DNA of 25,746 nt from Candidatus Sigynarchaeum calidifontis (GTDB taxonomy: Archaea > Asgardarchaeota > Lokiarchaeia > Sigyniarchaeales > Sigyniarchaeaceae): positions 1-25,746 of the forward strand of contig JAUQYZ020000133.1 in NCBI GenBank assembly GCA_030587475.2, written 5' to 3'. The position numbers and the translations under genes were made by a program. Position 1 is the first letter of the stretch; each line of letters begins with the position of its first letter. The notes under the pieces are model-generated. The model ran no database searches, had not been told where the DNA came from, and worked only from the letters and a program-made list of their open reading frames with translations. Below, one piece after another: positions 8,636 through 18,304 of this stretch.

Positions 8636-10549
8636 TTATTTTTTCAAGACGACAAATTTCCCTTCCTTCTTGAGTTGCATCAGCTCCTCGATTTCCTTGT
8701 GGGCCGCCTCGTGAGGGATCACGAACTTCCCGTACGTGCCCATTTTCTTGCCCAGCTTGCAACACTTCACGATAATCCGCAAGATGAGACGTGTCATGGG
8801 CTTCGACGGGCCGCTGAGCTCGACGGCCTTCGTGAACACGTAGAGCATGTAGTCATCGAAGCCACCGATCAAGGCATACAGCGGGAAAAAGACGACGAAC
8901 ATCATCAACACGAACGCGATGATGATAGAGATGGTCGCGGCGAGTATGACGCCAATAGACGCGGTCAACGGCAAGAAACCGTAATTATACCACAGCAATG
9001 CGAACGGGAAGATCGGGAGGGCAGCGATGGCTGGCAAGACCACGGACTTCATCCAGTAAATCTTGATCTTCACGACCTTTAGCTGGCAATAGACGATGCA
9101 ATAGGTCGTCTTTATCATGATCGGGATGATCATGTCGAAGGTGATGAGAAAGTTGATCCCGAAAAGGCCCATGTCTTGTATTTTAAAGACGAAGAGGGCG
9201 AGGTACAAGTTCAGGATCTTGATGCCTTCCTCTACGACACGAGCGATGGCCCATTGGGGTATCTTGAACGTGCCGCCCATTATGCTATCCGGAAGCCATA
9301 TGAACGGGTCAAAGAGCTTGCGGATAAGCGTGGGATAATAGAAGATGAGCGCGGGCACCCAGTAAACCAATCCTGGCACCTCGTGGTAGATGTCGCTGAA
9401 GAACGGGTATATCGCGGCCAGGCTCATGGCAAACACGGTCACGAACATGAGGCGGAACATCATGGCGTACGACACGTAAAACGACGCGAGCACCTTCTTG
9501 CCATTCGGGTACGCTTCGGCCAGCGCGGCGGACAAGTTATAGTTCCCGTACGATCCGACCATGCCGGTCATGCCCGATGCCGTGCCGACCAGCGCGGACC
9601 ACGTCGCGAAGCCCGGTATCCGGGCCGTTTTCCAAAGCAAGAAGAGCAATCCGGTTCCACCCGACACGAGGGGCACGATCGAGCTTTGAACGCCGTAGGA
9701 CAAGCTTCGCTTCACGACATCACGCCCGAACTTGAATCGCCATGCATCCCGGGCCGATAGACCCATGTTTTTCACGATCTTGTTGAAAAAATAGGCAGAC
9801 ACGAAAAAAAACAAGATATCATTTATATATCCGCCGATGTTACCTGCAATTGCCATCGCCATGATTTCGCCGACCTCCGGGTGCGTCATCCCATAATATC
9901 GGCCATACAACACGATGGCGATGTTCATGATTTGGCCAACGACGGTGCCCGACAAGAAGTTGATGATGTTCGATTTATCGAAATGCTGGAATCCGTCGAT
10001 GCAACCCCGGTAGATGCCGAGCATGGATGGCCATTGCCGCTGCAAGTTCAAGAGCAGTAACCACGTGAGATACGCGTAGTTGCCTTGAATGATAGTCTGG
10101 AAAGTGAAATAGGATAATGCAGAAACTTGTATCAATCCGCTGAACATTTGATACCATATAAAGAAGCGAATATACTCCATCATCTTCTCCTTGTTCTTAA
10201 CCCGGTTCTCCGCAATGAAATTTCCGATACCAAAATTTGTTGGAACGTCGAATACAAGAAATATAACCGAGAACAAGCCTCCGGCAATCCCGGCATACCC
10301 GCCGATCTCCGGGTAGGGTGAAACGAGCGGCACGAGGTAGGCGGCCATGACCACGGCGAGTCCCGTGCTGATGAGATTGAGCAATATGGACCAAAATTCG
10401 CTGCCGAGCTGGCGATGGAACCCGATCATCTCCCATCCCTTGAACTCGGGGTATTTCTTGTCGAGATCGAGCTTATCCATGATTTCTTGGTCTTTTGCTT
10501 TCTCGGCCTCGACTTGTGCAGGACTTTTAACCCGTTTCTTGAACATCAT
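8636..10549 (-). CDS. MOP/MATE-superfamily flippase-like membrane protein (oligosaccharide flippase family)
   Basis: About 637 aa from MMFKKR with roughly 13-14 hydrophobic helices. The PEIGGY early loop, RSLSYG mid-loop and ALAEAY match polysaccharide-flippase architecture. Confidence 0.7.
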   Translation of the reverse strand: MMFKKRVKSPAQVEAEKAKDQEIMDKLDLDKKYPEFKGWEMIGFHRQLGSEFWSILLNLISTGLAVVMAAYLVPLVSPYPEIGGYAGIAGGLFSVIFLVFDVPTNFGIGNFIAENRVKNKEKMMEYIRFFIWYQMFSGLIQVSALSYFTFQTIIQGNYAYLTWLLLLNLQRQWPSMLGIYRGCIDGFQHFDKSNIINFLSGTVVGQIMNIAIVLYGRYYGMTHPEVGEIMAMAIAGNIGGYINDILFFFVSAYFFNKIVKNMGLSARDAWRFKFGRDVVKRSLSYGVQSSIVPLVSGGTGLLFLLWKTARIPGFATWSALVGTASGMTGMVGSYGNYNLSAALAEAYPNGKKVLASFYVSYAMMFRLMFVTVFAMSLAAIYPFFSDIYHEVPGLVYWVPALIFYYPTLIRKLFDPFIWLPDSIMGGTFKIPQWAIARVVEEGIKILNLYLALFVFKIQDMGLFGINFLITFDMIIPIMIKTTYCIVYCQLKVVKIKIYWMKSVVLPAIAALPIFPFALLWYNYGFLPLTASIGVILAATISIIIAFVLMMFVVFFPLYALIGGFDDYMLYVFTKAVELSGPSKPMTRLILRIIVKCCKLGKKMGTYGKFVIPHEAAHKEIEELMQLKKEGKFVVLKK

Positions 10550-10729
10550 GCCATCATCTGCTCCCCGGATCCACGTCGGGCGCATCCGTTACCTTACTTG
10601 TCAGCAACTCCAAGAATTGTAGTCTATACTTCATGCTCGGAAAAATAAGGCTATCAGCCGGTCCGAACGATGCGAATGGACCCGATGATCGGGCGCAAGC
10701 ATTAGAAGGCCGACGCCGATCCGTGATCC

Positions 10730-11572
10730 ATGGCTCAATTGAAAAAGTGGGTGCTCGTCACCGGGGCGAGCACGGGCATCGGTCGCGCCACGGTTGATTT
10801 TTTAGCCACGCACGGGTTCGGCGTGTACGCGGGGGCGAGGAAAGATGCCGACCTCGCGTCTCTCGGTACCTTGCAAGATGTCGTGCCCGTGAAGCTCGAC
10901 GTGCAGCGGGACGCGGATGTCCAAAAGGCTCTCGATGCGATCTCGAAAGCGGGCACCGGCTTGTTCGGCGTCGTCAACAACGCGGGCATTGCCATGGCCG
11001 GGCCGCTAATGGACGTGCCTGTGGAGGACATGATCATGCAATTCGACGTGAACGTGATCGGCACGCACCGCGTCACCAGGGCATTCTTGCCCCTCGTCAT
11101 CGAGAGCAAGGGCCGCGTCGTGATGATGAGCAGCGATTCCGGCTTCTTCGCCACGCCGATATTTGGCCCCTACTGCGCGTCGAAGCACGCCGTGGAGGGT
11201 TATGCAGACAGCTTGCGGCGTGAAATGACCTTGCTTGGTGTCAAGGTCGTCATCATCGAGCCCGGGCGCATCGCCACGCCGATCTGGAACAAGGGAGAAG
11301 CACTCCTCGCGCGTGAATTCAATTCCCCGCTCGCGCCCCTCGCCAGGAAGGTGGGACGGCACGCCATTGACAGCGGCAACAAGAAAGGGATGCCGCCCGT
11401 TGAAGTGGCGAAGGCCGTGTACCGGGCACTTACCTTGGAGCGGCCAAGGGCGCGGTACATCGTTGCCAGGAACAAGATGGAATACAAGCTGCTGCGCGTG
11501 CTCCCGACAAGGACAGTCGACTCGCTCGTCGTGAAAAAGATGAAAAAGATTGAAAAAGAACGAGAAAAATGA
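10730..11572 (+). CDS. Short-chain dehydrogenase/reductase (retinol/17-beta-HSD-like subgroup)
   Basis: TGASTGIG Rossmann motif, VVNNAG, catalytic Ser and YCASK (YxxxK), and IEPG. Confidence 0.95.
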   Translation: MAQLKKWVLVTGASTGIGRATVDFLATHGFGVYAGARKDADLASLGTLQDVVPVKLDVQRDADVQKALDAISKAGTGLFGVVNNAGIAMAGPLMDVPVEDMIMQFDVNVIGTHRVTRAFLPLVIESKGRVVMMSSDSGFFATPIFGPYCASKHAVEGYADSLRREMTLLGVKVVIIEPGRIATPIWNKGEALLAREFNSPLAPLARKVGRHAIDSGNKKGMPPVEVAKAVYRALTLERPRARYIVARNKMEYKLLRVLPTRTVDSLVVKKMKKIEKEREK

Positions 11573-11581
11573 AGTGCCGGT

Positions 11582-13156
11582 TCACAGCCCTGCTTTCTTG
11601 ATCTTTACCGCGCTTAGCACAACGCCGAGGAGCGCTAGGCCGATGATGCACGCTTCCATTGCCGCGATGTTCATCCGGAATGCCTCGAACTGCGCGACGT
11701 CGTTGAACAGCCCGTAAATCGTGAGATCCGGCCGGTAGTAGTCGACGTAGATCACGAGGACGAGCCCCATGGCGGCGGCGATGGCGAAAAGCACGGCCGA
11801 AGGCTTCTGCCCGGCGCGCCCGTGGCACAAGGCACCGATGGCCAGCACGATGCTGCCAAATCCCGTTATCCACGAGATAGCCTCGAGCCACTTGTGGTAC
11901 AAGCCGAACGATGCGGCGACGGCTGGCGTTGCCAGGAGCAAGACGGCAGTCGCGAACCCCACGAGACCGAGGCCGAACGCGGCGGTGGCGAAACCGTCGT
12001 AGACCGTCTCCTCGTGGCCTTCGGATGTTCCCTTTGGCCGCGCCGAGACGCTGGAGGGAACCCGTTTTTTCTCCACGACGATGGCCGCGATCATGACGAT
12101 GACCACGGCGGTGATGCTAACCACCATGATGGTGATCGTCGTGGCAAAATCGTTCAAGGGCGTGAGATTGATGACGACGGCCTCGCTGTTGGAGACATCC
12201 GACGTTCCCGAGGCGTTTATCGCCACGACGGCGTAGTAATACGTGCCGCTCGCGTTGACGCTGTCGATGTACACGGTTACAGCCAAGCCCGCCGCGATGG
12301 GGGTAAGGCCGGCAGCACTCGTGATGGCGCTGGTCGACCTGTAAACGCTGTAATTCGTCGCGCCGGCCACGCTGCTCCATCTCAGGGTGATGCGGCCATC
12401 GTTGTCCGTGGCGGGCGTGATGCTGGCGAGGACCGGGCTGGGGAGCGCCCACCAGCGTGCCGCGCGCCGCTCCATAAACTGCCCGGTGCCGTCAATTCCA
12501 AAAGCGTTCAGGAACGCATTGGAATAATACACGTAATACGATGTCGCGACCCCGTTCGGGTCGTAGGTCGCGTTCCACGTGGTTCCATCGGGAAACTCGA
12601 TCGAGACGGAATTCGCAGTAACAATGTTCAAGCTCGGGCTCGTGTAACCGATAAGGCTGCAGAAATTCAGCACGGACGCGTTGACCAGCTGCATGGAGAG
12701 CACCCCGCCGACGAGCGGCACGACGAGGAGCATGAAGTACGGATCCGCCTGGACAGCAATCCTCGCGGTCATGTTGATCGCCGAGATGGTGCCGCCACCC
12801 ACGCTATCCCAGCGGCCTGCCGTCGTGTTGTACCAGCCCGTCGTCGCGTTGCAAAGCGAGAAGGGATTGTAGCCAGGAAGACCGAATTGGCCGAGCGAGC
12901 CGTTGCCGAGCCAGGTGATCGTCGTGTTCCACAACCCCGTGGCGTTGAGCGGGCCGCCCCCCGTCATGTTCAAGTGCGCCGATGCCGTCATGTCCCAGAA
13001 GAACACGTCCCCGACGTCCACGCCCCACGTGACGCCGTCGGCAACCGTCGTGGCAGCCGCCCGGTGAAAGGGACTCGCCGAGAGGATCAAGACACCGACC
13101 AAGAAGGCAAGCACCAGCGAAGCCTTGTCGTGTTTGGTGTTTTTCGATGTCGTCAT
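11582..13156 (-). CDS. Cell-surface protein: signal peptide, Thr/Asn-rich ectodomain, fibronectin type III-like domain, multi-TM C-terminus
   Basis: Hydrophobic N-terminal signal ending in AAA, many N-x-S/T sequons, an FN3 signature ITLRWSSVAGATNYSVYRS...YYYAVVAINASGTSDVSN, one TM followed by KKR, then 4 more TM helices. RBS GAGGTGG lies upstream. Confidence 0.8.
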   Translation of the reverse strand: MTTSKNTKHDKASLVLAFLVGVLILSASPFHRAAATTVADGVTWGVDVGDVFFWDMTASAHLNMTGGGPLNATGLWNTTITWLGNGSLGQFGLPGYNPFSLCNATTGWYNTTAGRWDSVGGGTISAINMTARIAVQADPYFMLLVVPLVGGVLSMQLVNASVLNFCSLIGYTSPSLNIVTANSVSIEFPDGTTWNATYDPNGVATSYYVYYSNAFLNAFGIDGTGQFMERRAARWWALPSPVLASITPATDNDGRITLRWSSVAGATNYSVYRSTSAITSAAGLTPIAAGLAVTVYIDSVNASGTYYYAVVAINASGTSDVSNSEAVVINLTPLNDFATTITIMVVSITAVVIVMIAAIVVEKKRVPSSVSARPKGTSEGHEETVYDGFATAAFGLGLVGFATAVLLLATPAVAASFGLYHKWLEAISWITGFGSIVLAIGALCHGRAGQKPSAVLFAIAAAMGLVLVIYVDYYRPDLTIYGLFNDVAQFEAFRMNIAAMEACIIGLALLGVVLSAVKIKKAGL

Positions 13157-13172
13157 GTCAGGTCCACCTCGT

Positions 13173-13796
13173 TCAATCCCTCCGCACGTTCTTCATGAAA
13201 TCGAGATCCCCGCTCACCTTATTCGGTGCCGGCATGGTTGGCGATTTATACGTGTAGGGATCCGGTTCCTCCATCTCCCTCCTCGACTTGAGCAGCGCCC
13301 GCATGAAGCGCAGCACCGCGAACACGGTCGACAAGGAGATCATGAGCACCTGGACCAAGCCCAAGTTGATCGTGATCGGGGGGATAGCCAATTCCCCGCC
13401 GCCACCGCCTCCCCCGCCGAACATGGCCATCAGCTTGGCGGGATCTATCGTCACCACCACGCGCAAGGAGCCGAAGGCATCGAACGGGAAGTTGAGCGTG
13501 AGCACCGAGCAGCCGATAAAGAACGAGGCGATCGTGTACGCCAAGAAACACGCGGACGAGATCGGCTCGAGCGTGTAATGGTCCCGCGCGGCACCATTGA
13601 AAACAATGATCAGCGCCAGGACGCACGCCATCATCCACACGGTGAACTGCCACGCCCCGATTTCTTGGTCCACGACCTGCGAAAGCGATATGCCGAAGGT
13701 GGTGTTCGCGAAATCCAGCGCCCAGAAATAGACATAGGTTCCCACCAGCGACAAGATGGCGATGATCGTGTAACCGACGATTTTTTTGCTGCTCAT
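13173..13796 (-). CDS. Hypothetical 4-TM membrane protein with poly-Gly loop
   Basis: The likely start MSSKKIVG at 13796 overlaps the upstream stop (ATGA). Four hydrophobic segments and a Gly8 run in a loop. Confidence 0.75.
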   Translation of the reverse strand: MSSKKIVGYTIIAILSLVGTYVYFWALDFANTTFGISLSQVVDQEIGAWQFTVWMMACVLALIIVFNGAARDHYTLEPISSACFLAYTIASFFIGCSVLTLNFPFDAFGSLRVVVTIDPAKLMAMFGGGGGGGGELAIPPITINLGLVQVLMISLSTVFAVLRFMRALLKSRREMEEPDPYTYKSPTMPAPNKVSGDLDFMKNVRRD

Positions 13797-14362
13797 GGGT
13801 GCATGAAACCTCCGGGCATTGGCATGGTGAATCCGAATTCGATGTCGGAGATCTTCAAGGCAAATAATCCCCACGATCTCGGCAACGTGATTGCCATCGC
13901 AAACGATATTGCCATCGTGATCGACGAGCTCCCCAGGCCCATTGCCATGGACAGCGTCGTGTCGACCAGCGTGATGTTCGCCAGTCTCGTCTCGCCGAAC
14001 GGTATCGAGCCCACGAGCGACGTTGCTTCCAGGGTGGTCCCATTCGCATCAAACGTGAACTTGACGTTTACAACGAGATCGTTGATGTCCAATCCCACGG
14101 GGCCGGTGTTGTTAACCGGAAACTCCATCCAGACCTTGATCGACGTGGTCGTATTGGACATATGGATCGGACCGGTTCCGTTTCCACCGCCGCTGTCCAT
14201 GATGGACCCGAGGGTGGAGCCGAGGTTCGTTGCCAGGAATCCGCTGGCCACCGACACGTACGTGGCGATGCCAGCGATGGCGACGCTGACCAGCACCATG
14301 AACAACGTGACCACCTTGACCGCGCGCGGGTACTTCAGATCGCGTTTATTCGACTTTTTCAC
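13793..14362 (-). CDS. Membrane-anchored beta-rich protein (LEA-2/WHy-like)
   Basis: GTG start, basic N-tail and a single TM, then alternating beta-strand patterns with FPVNNTGPVGLDINDL and GSIPFGETRLANITL. Confidence 0.6.
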   Translation of the reverse strand: MKKSNKRDLKYPRAVKVVTLFMVLVSVAIAGIATYVSVASGFLATNLGSTLGSIMDSGGGNGTGPIHMSNTTTSIKVWMEFPVNNTGPVGLDINDLVVNVKFTFDANGTTLEATSLVGSIPFGETRLANITLVDTTLSMAMGLGSSSITMAISFAMAITLPRSWGLFALKISDIEFGFTMPMPGGFMHP

Positions 14363-14500
14363 GTGATTTCAACTCGGACTTGTTTTTTTCCACGCATTTC
14401 TATATGACAATTATATTCCCACTTTAGGAGATACCTTATGCGAGCATAAAAAAAGGTTGTCCCTCTAAAAATGAACCCGAAAAAAAATCATCGTGGTTAG

Positions 14501-15577
14501 ATGCACGCGAAGGAACGCCTCCTGGCATTGTTCGACGACGACGCGCGGCAGCGGCTTGACCGCGTGCCGATCTTCGTGCAAACAGTGAACCCGGACTTCA
14601 TCGAGCGCAACGAGGATGCCCTTTTCTCGGATGACATGTTCGATTACACGAACAATCCATGGGTGGACGCGGCGCTCGTCCTTGGATTCGACGGCATCTT
14701 CGGCGACTTCCCGAGCGCCTTCACTTACGAGCCCGTGGAGGTCGCCGGGAGCGACGGCAAGACGCACGCGATCAACACGGAAGGGCGCGAGTACCACGCG
14801 GGCACGCGCTTTTACAAGGGCGGGTTGCTCACCTCGCAAGAGACCCTTGACAAGATCCGCGCGACCATCAAGCCCGTGACTGATACCCGTGCCATGCGAG
14901 CCACGATCGACCGCGGGGAATCGCTGGCTTCCCGCATTTTCCTGGTACCAAAAACCGGGGGCATCTTCAGCCGCGTGTTGCTGGCCATAGGATACAAGGA
15001 ATTTGCCGTCAACTACCGGAAAAACACCCGGTTCTACCATGAGATGATCAAGTTTAGAGCCGACCTGTTGCGGATGGAGATCGAGTTTTTCATCGCGGGC
15101 GGCGGCAAGAAGGCGGGCGCTTTGTTCATCGCCGATGACATCGCCTACAAGGGACGTCCCATGATCCCCCCCGAACGGTTCCTCCTGGATTTCGGCAAGC
15201 ACTACAAGGAGATCCTCGGGATCGCGCGTGACGCGGGCATCATCCCGCTGCTACACACGGACGGGGATGTCACGGACATGGTGCCCGCGTTCCAGCAGGT
15301 CGGCTTCCGTGGCGTGCAGGGATGGGAAGGTGGCTGCGACCCGCGGGTCATCAACGAGAGGTTCCCCGGCTTCGCGGTCATCGGGTTCGGCGACATGAAC
15401 GAGGTGCTGCCATTCGGCACGGATGCCCGCATCAAGGCACATGTCACGGATCTCATGAACGCGTTGAAGGACAACCGGCATTTCGCCATTGGCCCATCGT
15501 CGGTCGTCAATGCCACGATGCCCATCGATAACGTGCGCAATTTCGTCCGGTATGCCCGTATCCTCGGCCGCTATTGA
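14501..15577 (+). CDS. Uroporphyrinogen decarboxylase / MtaA-CmuA family protein
   Basis: N-terminal KERLL...DRVP, IADDIAYK, LLHTDGD, GDM and a C-terminal AIGPSS...PIDNV. The metal-ligand positions are degenerate relative to MtaA. Confidence 0.85.
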   Translation: MHAKERLLALFDDDARQRLDRVPIFVQTVNPDFIERNEDALFSDDMFDYTNNPWVDAALVLGFDGIFGDFPSAFTYEPVEVAGSDGKTHAINTEGREYHAGTRFYKGGLLTSQETLDKIRATIKPVTDTRAMRATIDRGESLASRIFLVPKTGGIFSRVLLAIGYKEFAVNYRKNTRFYHEMIKFRADLLRMEIEFFIAGGGKKAGALFIADDIAYKGRPMIPPERFLLDFGKHYKEILGIARDAGIIPLLHTDGDVTDMVPAFQQVGFRGVQGWEGGCDPRVINERFPGFAVIGFGDMNEVLPFGTDARIKAHVTDLMNALKDNRHFAIGPSSVVNATMPIDNVRNFVRYARILGRY

Positions 15578-15630
15578 GCGTGGTTCACCATCCGGAGTGT
15601 ATTTAACACCCCGGCAACCCCATTAACCCG

Positions 15631-17250
15631 ATGCAAGCGCTAGTTGTCGACGCGCTCACCCTCGGCGAGGGCCGGCGCAGCCTCACGCGGGATTTCATCG
15701 GTGCCGGGCCGCGCATGGTGGCCGCGACGCTCAAGGCCTGCGGTATGACGCCCAGGATATGCCGTGGCGAGGATTTTTTGCAATCCAGCAGGGTTATGGT
15801 GGGTCTCTTTGATGCATGTTTCGTGTCTGGCATGACCATGGACAAACCATCGGTCATCGCCATCGCGAGGGCGTGGAAACACGCAAACCCAGAAAAACCC
15901 GTCGTGGTCGGCGGGCCCATCTCCCTGGAACCAGAGTCCTTGCTACGAAATCGAGAGATAGACGCGGTCGTGCAAGGTGAGGCGGAAAAGATCCTGTTCG
16001 ACGCTTTCTCTGCCCACGGAATGCCGGCCTTTTTTCCTTGCAACCACGTGCCCGACGGATTTATCTTGAGAACATCCGTGGCGAGCAAGAACGACGTGCA
16101 GAAAAACAATTGCTGGCCCGACCTCGCGTGGGTCGAGAGACACATTGAACCTGCAATCGATCTCCTCGGTTCCGCTTATGATAACGCCTGGGCAGCGCGC
16201 GTGTATGTGGAATTGCTCCGGGGTTGTTCCAATATGCAGCATGCCCGTCTTGGCCCGAAAGGTGATCGTGTTTGCAAGGACTGCGGGTATTGCGACGTGA
16301 CCGGGGATTTCCGCGTGGACATCCCGAACCCGTGCGTGGCCGGCACCAGGCCCGGTTGCGGATTCTGCTCGACCGCCGCGACCTCCGGCCCGGTCCGCTC
16401 GTTCAGCATCCCTTACGTGGTGGGGCAGATCAAGCGATGCATCGAGCTCGGTTGCCACCGGGTGGTGCTCGGGGGCAGCGACGTGCTCGAGTTCCACCGC
16501 GAGGCGCTTTTCAAGCCAGGGCACGCGCGCCCCGTAGCACCCCCGCCACCAAACCACGACGCCTTGAACGATCTCGTGAACCAGCTGCTCGGGCTCGACG
16601 CGGTCAAGCGTGGCGACGTGCAGATCATCGCGGAGAATATCAAGGCAAGCTTGTGCGATGACGAGTCATTGGCGATCCTCGCTCGCCTCCCCGCCATCTC
16701 GGTGTCCATGGGTGTCGAGACGGGCTCTGACGAGCAGCTCAAGGACGTCGGCAAATCCGCCTCGATATCCACGATCAAGCACGCCGTGGCACTCTTGAAT
16801 AAGCATGGCATCAGGTACCACGCGTATTTCATCCATTCATTGCCCGGCCAGTCACGCCAGACCGTGCAAGACAGTATTAGCATGATGAGATGGCTAGATA
16901 ACAACAAGGCAGAAAAGATCACGATCTACCGCTTCAAGCCCCTGCCGGGCACCGCGTTCGAGGGGTTCCGGGTGACCGGCGAGATGCTGGACGAGGCCGG
17001 GCCCATGATCCGCGAGGCCATGCGCATCAACGAGGCCAGCAAGAAAAAGTACTTGAACGCCACGGTGAAGGTCTTGATCGCAGAGCACGATTTCAAGGAC
17101 AGATCTGCTGCCATCGCGTACATGTTACGAGGCGGGCCGAAGGTCAAGCTCAAGAACTGTGGCAAGCTCGTGAACGACAAGAAAATTCACGTGGCACGCA
17201 TCACGCGCGTGATCTCGGACAAGATGACCGAGGGCACGCTCGTTGAATGA
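15631..17250 (+). CDS. B12-binding-like domain / radical SAM protein with C-terminal TRAM-like domain
   Basis: VDAL...TRDFIGAGPR N-terminus, VVVGGP, GEAE, VELLRGCSN...GCGFCS, GVETGS, FIHSLPGQ, YRFKPLPGT, and a beta-rich C-terminal domain. Confidence 0.88.
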   Translation: MQALVVDALTLGEGRRSLTRDFIGAGPRMVAATLKACGMTPRICRGEDFLQSSRVMVGLFDACFVSGMTMDKPSVIAIARAWKHANPEKPVVVGGPISLEPESLLRNREIDAVVQGEAEKILFDAFSAHGMPAFFPCNHVPDGFILRTSVASKNDVQKNNCWPDLAWVERHIEPAIDLLGSAYDNAWAARVYVELLRGCSNMQHARLGPKGDRVCKDCGYCDVTGDFRVDIPNPCVAGTRPGCGFCSTAATSGPVRSFSIPYVVGQIKRCIELGCHRVVLGGSDVLEFHREALFKPGHARPVAPPPPNHDALNDLVNQLLGLDAVKRGDVQIIAENIKASLCDDESLAILARLPAISVSMGVETGSDEQLKDVGKSASISTIKHAVALLNKHGIRYHAYFIHSLPGQSRQTVQDSISMMRWLDNNKAEKITIYRFKPLPGTAFEGFRVTGEMLDEAGPMIREAMRINEASKKKYLNATVKVLIAEHDFKDRSAAIAYMLRGGPKVKLKNCGKLVNDKKIHVARITRVISDKMTEGTLVE

Positions 17251-17268
17251 TTGGAAAAGAAGATGTTG

Positions 17269-18231
17269 TTATTGGATCACGAGCATGTCGCTAACACGAT
17301 CACGGCGGGATTTAAAATCTGGGTCAAGAAAAACCGTGAGCACGTGCTTCTGGTCACCTTCGCCATGCACGATGGAGATGGGCACGACCTCGAGCTCGTT
17401 GTCGAGGACGAGTTTTCGCGGGATGCCCACGGCGAGCGTCTTGTTGCAGCGCCCGCATCGAACGTAGATTTTCTTCTCGCCCTCGACCGGCCCTGATGGT
17501 TTTTTCTTCTTGCCATCTTCATCGCCGGGTATCGGCGGCGGCGTGCCTGTAGGCACGGGCAATCCCCCCATGCCGGGTGGTGTAATCGTTATCTTTGGCG
17601 GCATCTTGATCGGGGGCAGCGCGGAGCCAGCCTTGATGACAGTAGGTTGTACAGGAGCGGCGATGGCAGCTTGCGGCACGACGAGCTTGACGCGCCCCTC
17701 CTTGATGTCATCGTAGAGATCGGCATATTTTTCTTTGAAAGCCTTGAATACTTCGAGGTCATTTTCGGCTTGGGCCGAAGCACTCGTGAACTCGTCCATC
17801 TCGCGGTCATGTAGCTTGGACCGGTAGTAGGCGCTGATGGCGATGCCCGAGATCACGACTGCCATGACAGCGCTGGTCAGGATACCGAGGGTCCATGATA
17901 GGTTTTCGAGCCAGGCATGCCAATCGATGTATGGGATTATGAAGTTATCCCCGGAAGTGAACCCGGCTGGGAATATATTGTCGCCGCGGTTAAGGTTGAA
18001 AACAATCGTGTATATGAGTATGATTCCCAAGCCAGCGAGGATGATCGAGCTAGCGCCGAGAACTTTCTTGAGGTTAAAGGATGCGCGCCGTACATCCTCC
18101 CTGCCGATGAACCGTTCATATTTTGCATTAAAGATCAAAGCCTTCTTGTCTTGTTGCCGTGGTACCTTGCGTTTTTCCGGCGCTTTAAGCATGTCGCTCG
18201 TGAAAGTGGCTTGCCCGGGCTCTTGTACCAT
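17269..18231 (-). CDS. 2-TM membrane protein with Pro-rich linker and C-terminal CxxC/H/H putative Zn-binding domain
   Basis: Probable ATG 18231 after GGTGG (TTG 18246 is the alternative). Two TM helices, a Pro-rich linker, and VRCGRC...IVHG...HVLTVFLDPDFKSR at the C-terminus. Confidence 0.8.
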   Translation of the reverse strand: MVQEPGQATFTSDMLKAPEKRKVPRQQDKKALIFNAKYERFIGREDVRRASFNLKKVLGASSIILAGLGIILIYTIVFNLNRGDNIFPAGFTSGDNFIIPYIDWHAWLENLSWTLGILTSAVMAVVISGIAISAYYRSKLHDREMDEFTSASAQAENDLEVFKAFKEKYADLYDDIKEGRVKLVVPQAAIAAPVQPTVIKAGSALPPIKMPPKITITPPGMGGLPVPTGTPPPIPGDEDGKKKKPSGPVEGEKKIYVRCGRCNKTLAVGIPRKLVLDNELEVVPISIVHGEGDQKHVLTVFLDPDFKSRRDRVSDMLVIQ

Positions 18232-18304
18232 GATCGCATCCACCAATGGAATCTGATAAATCTGATATTTACTGGAGCGTATTCTTGTTTTATTTTATTA
18301 TTCC

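Noticed and set aside
13395-13418. Gly8 run as a phase-variable microsatellite
   Set aside because: It is encoded by mixed codons (GGC GGG GGA GGC GGT GGC GGC GGG), so it is not a slippage-prone perfect repeat.
11822-14366. Long plus-strand ORFs (458 aa and 413 aa)
   Set aside because: They lie opposite coherent membrane-protein genes and are typical stop-poor antisense frames of GC-rich DNA.
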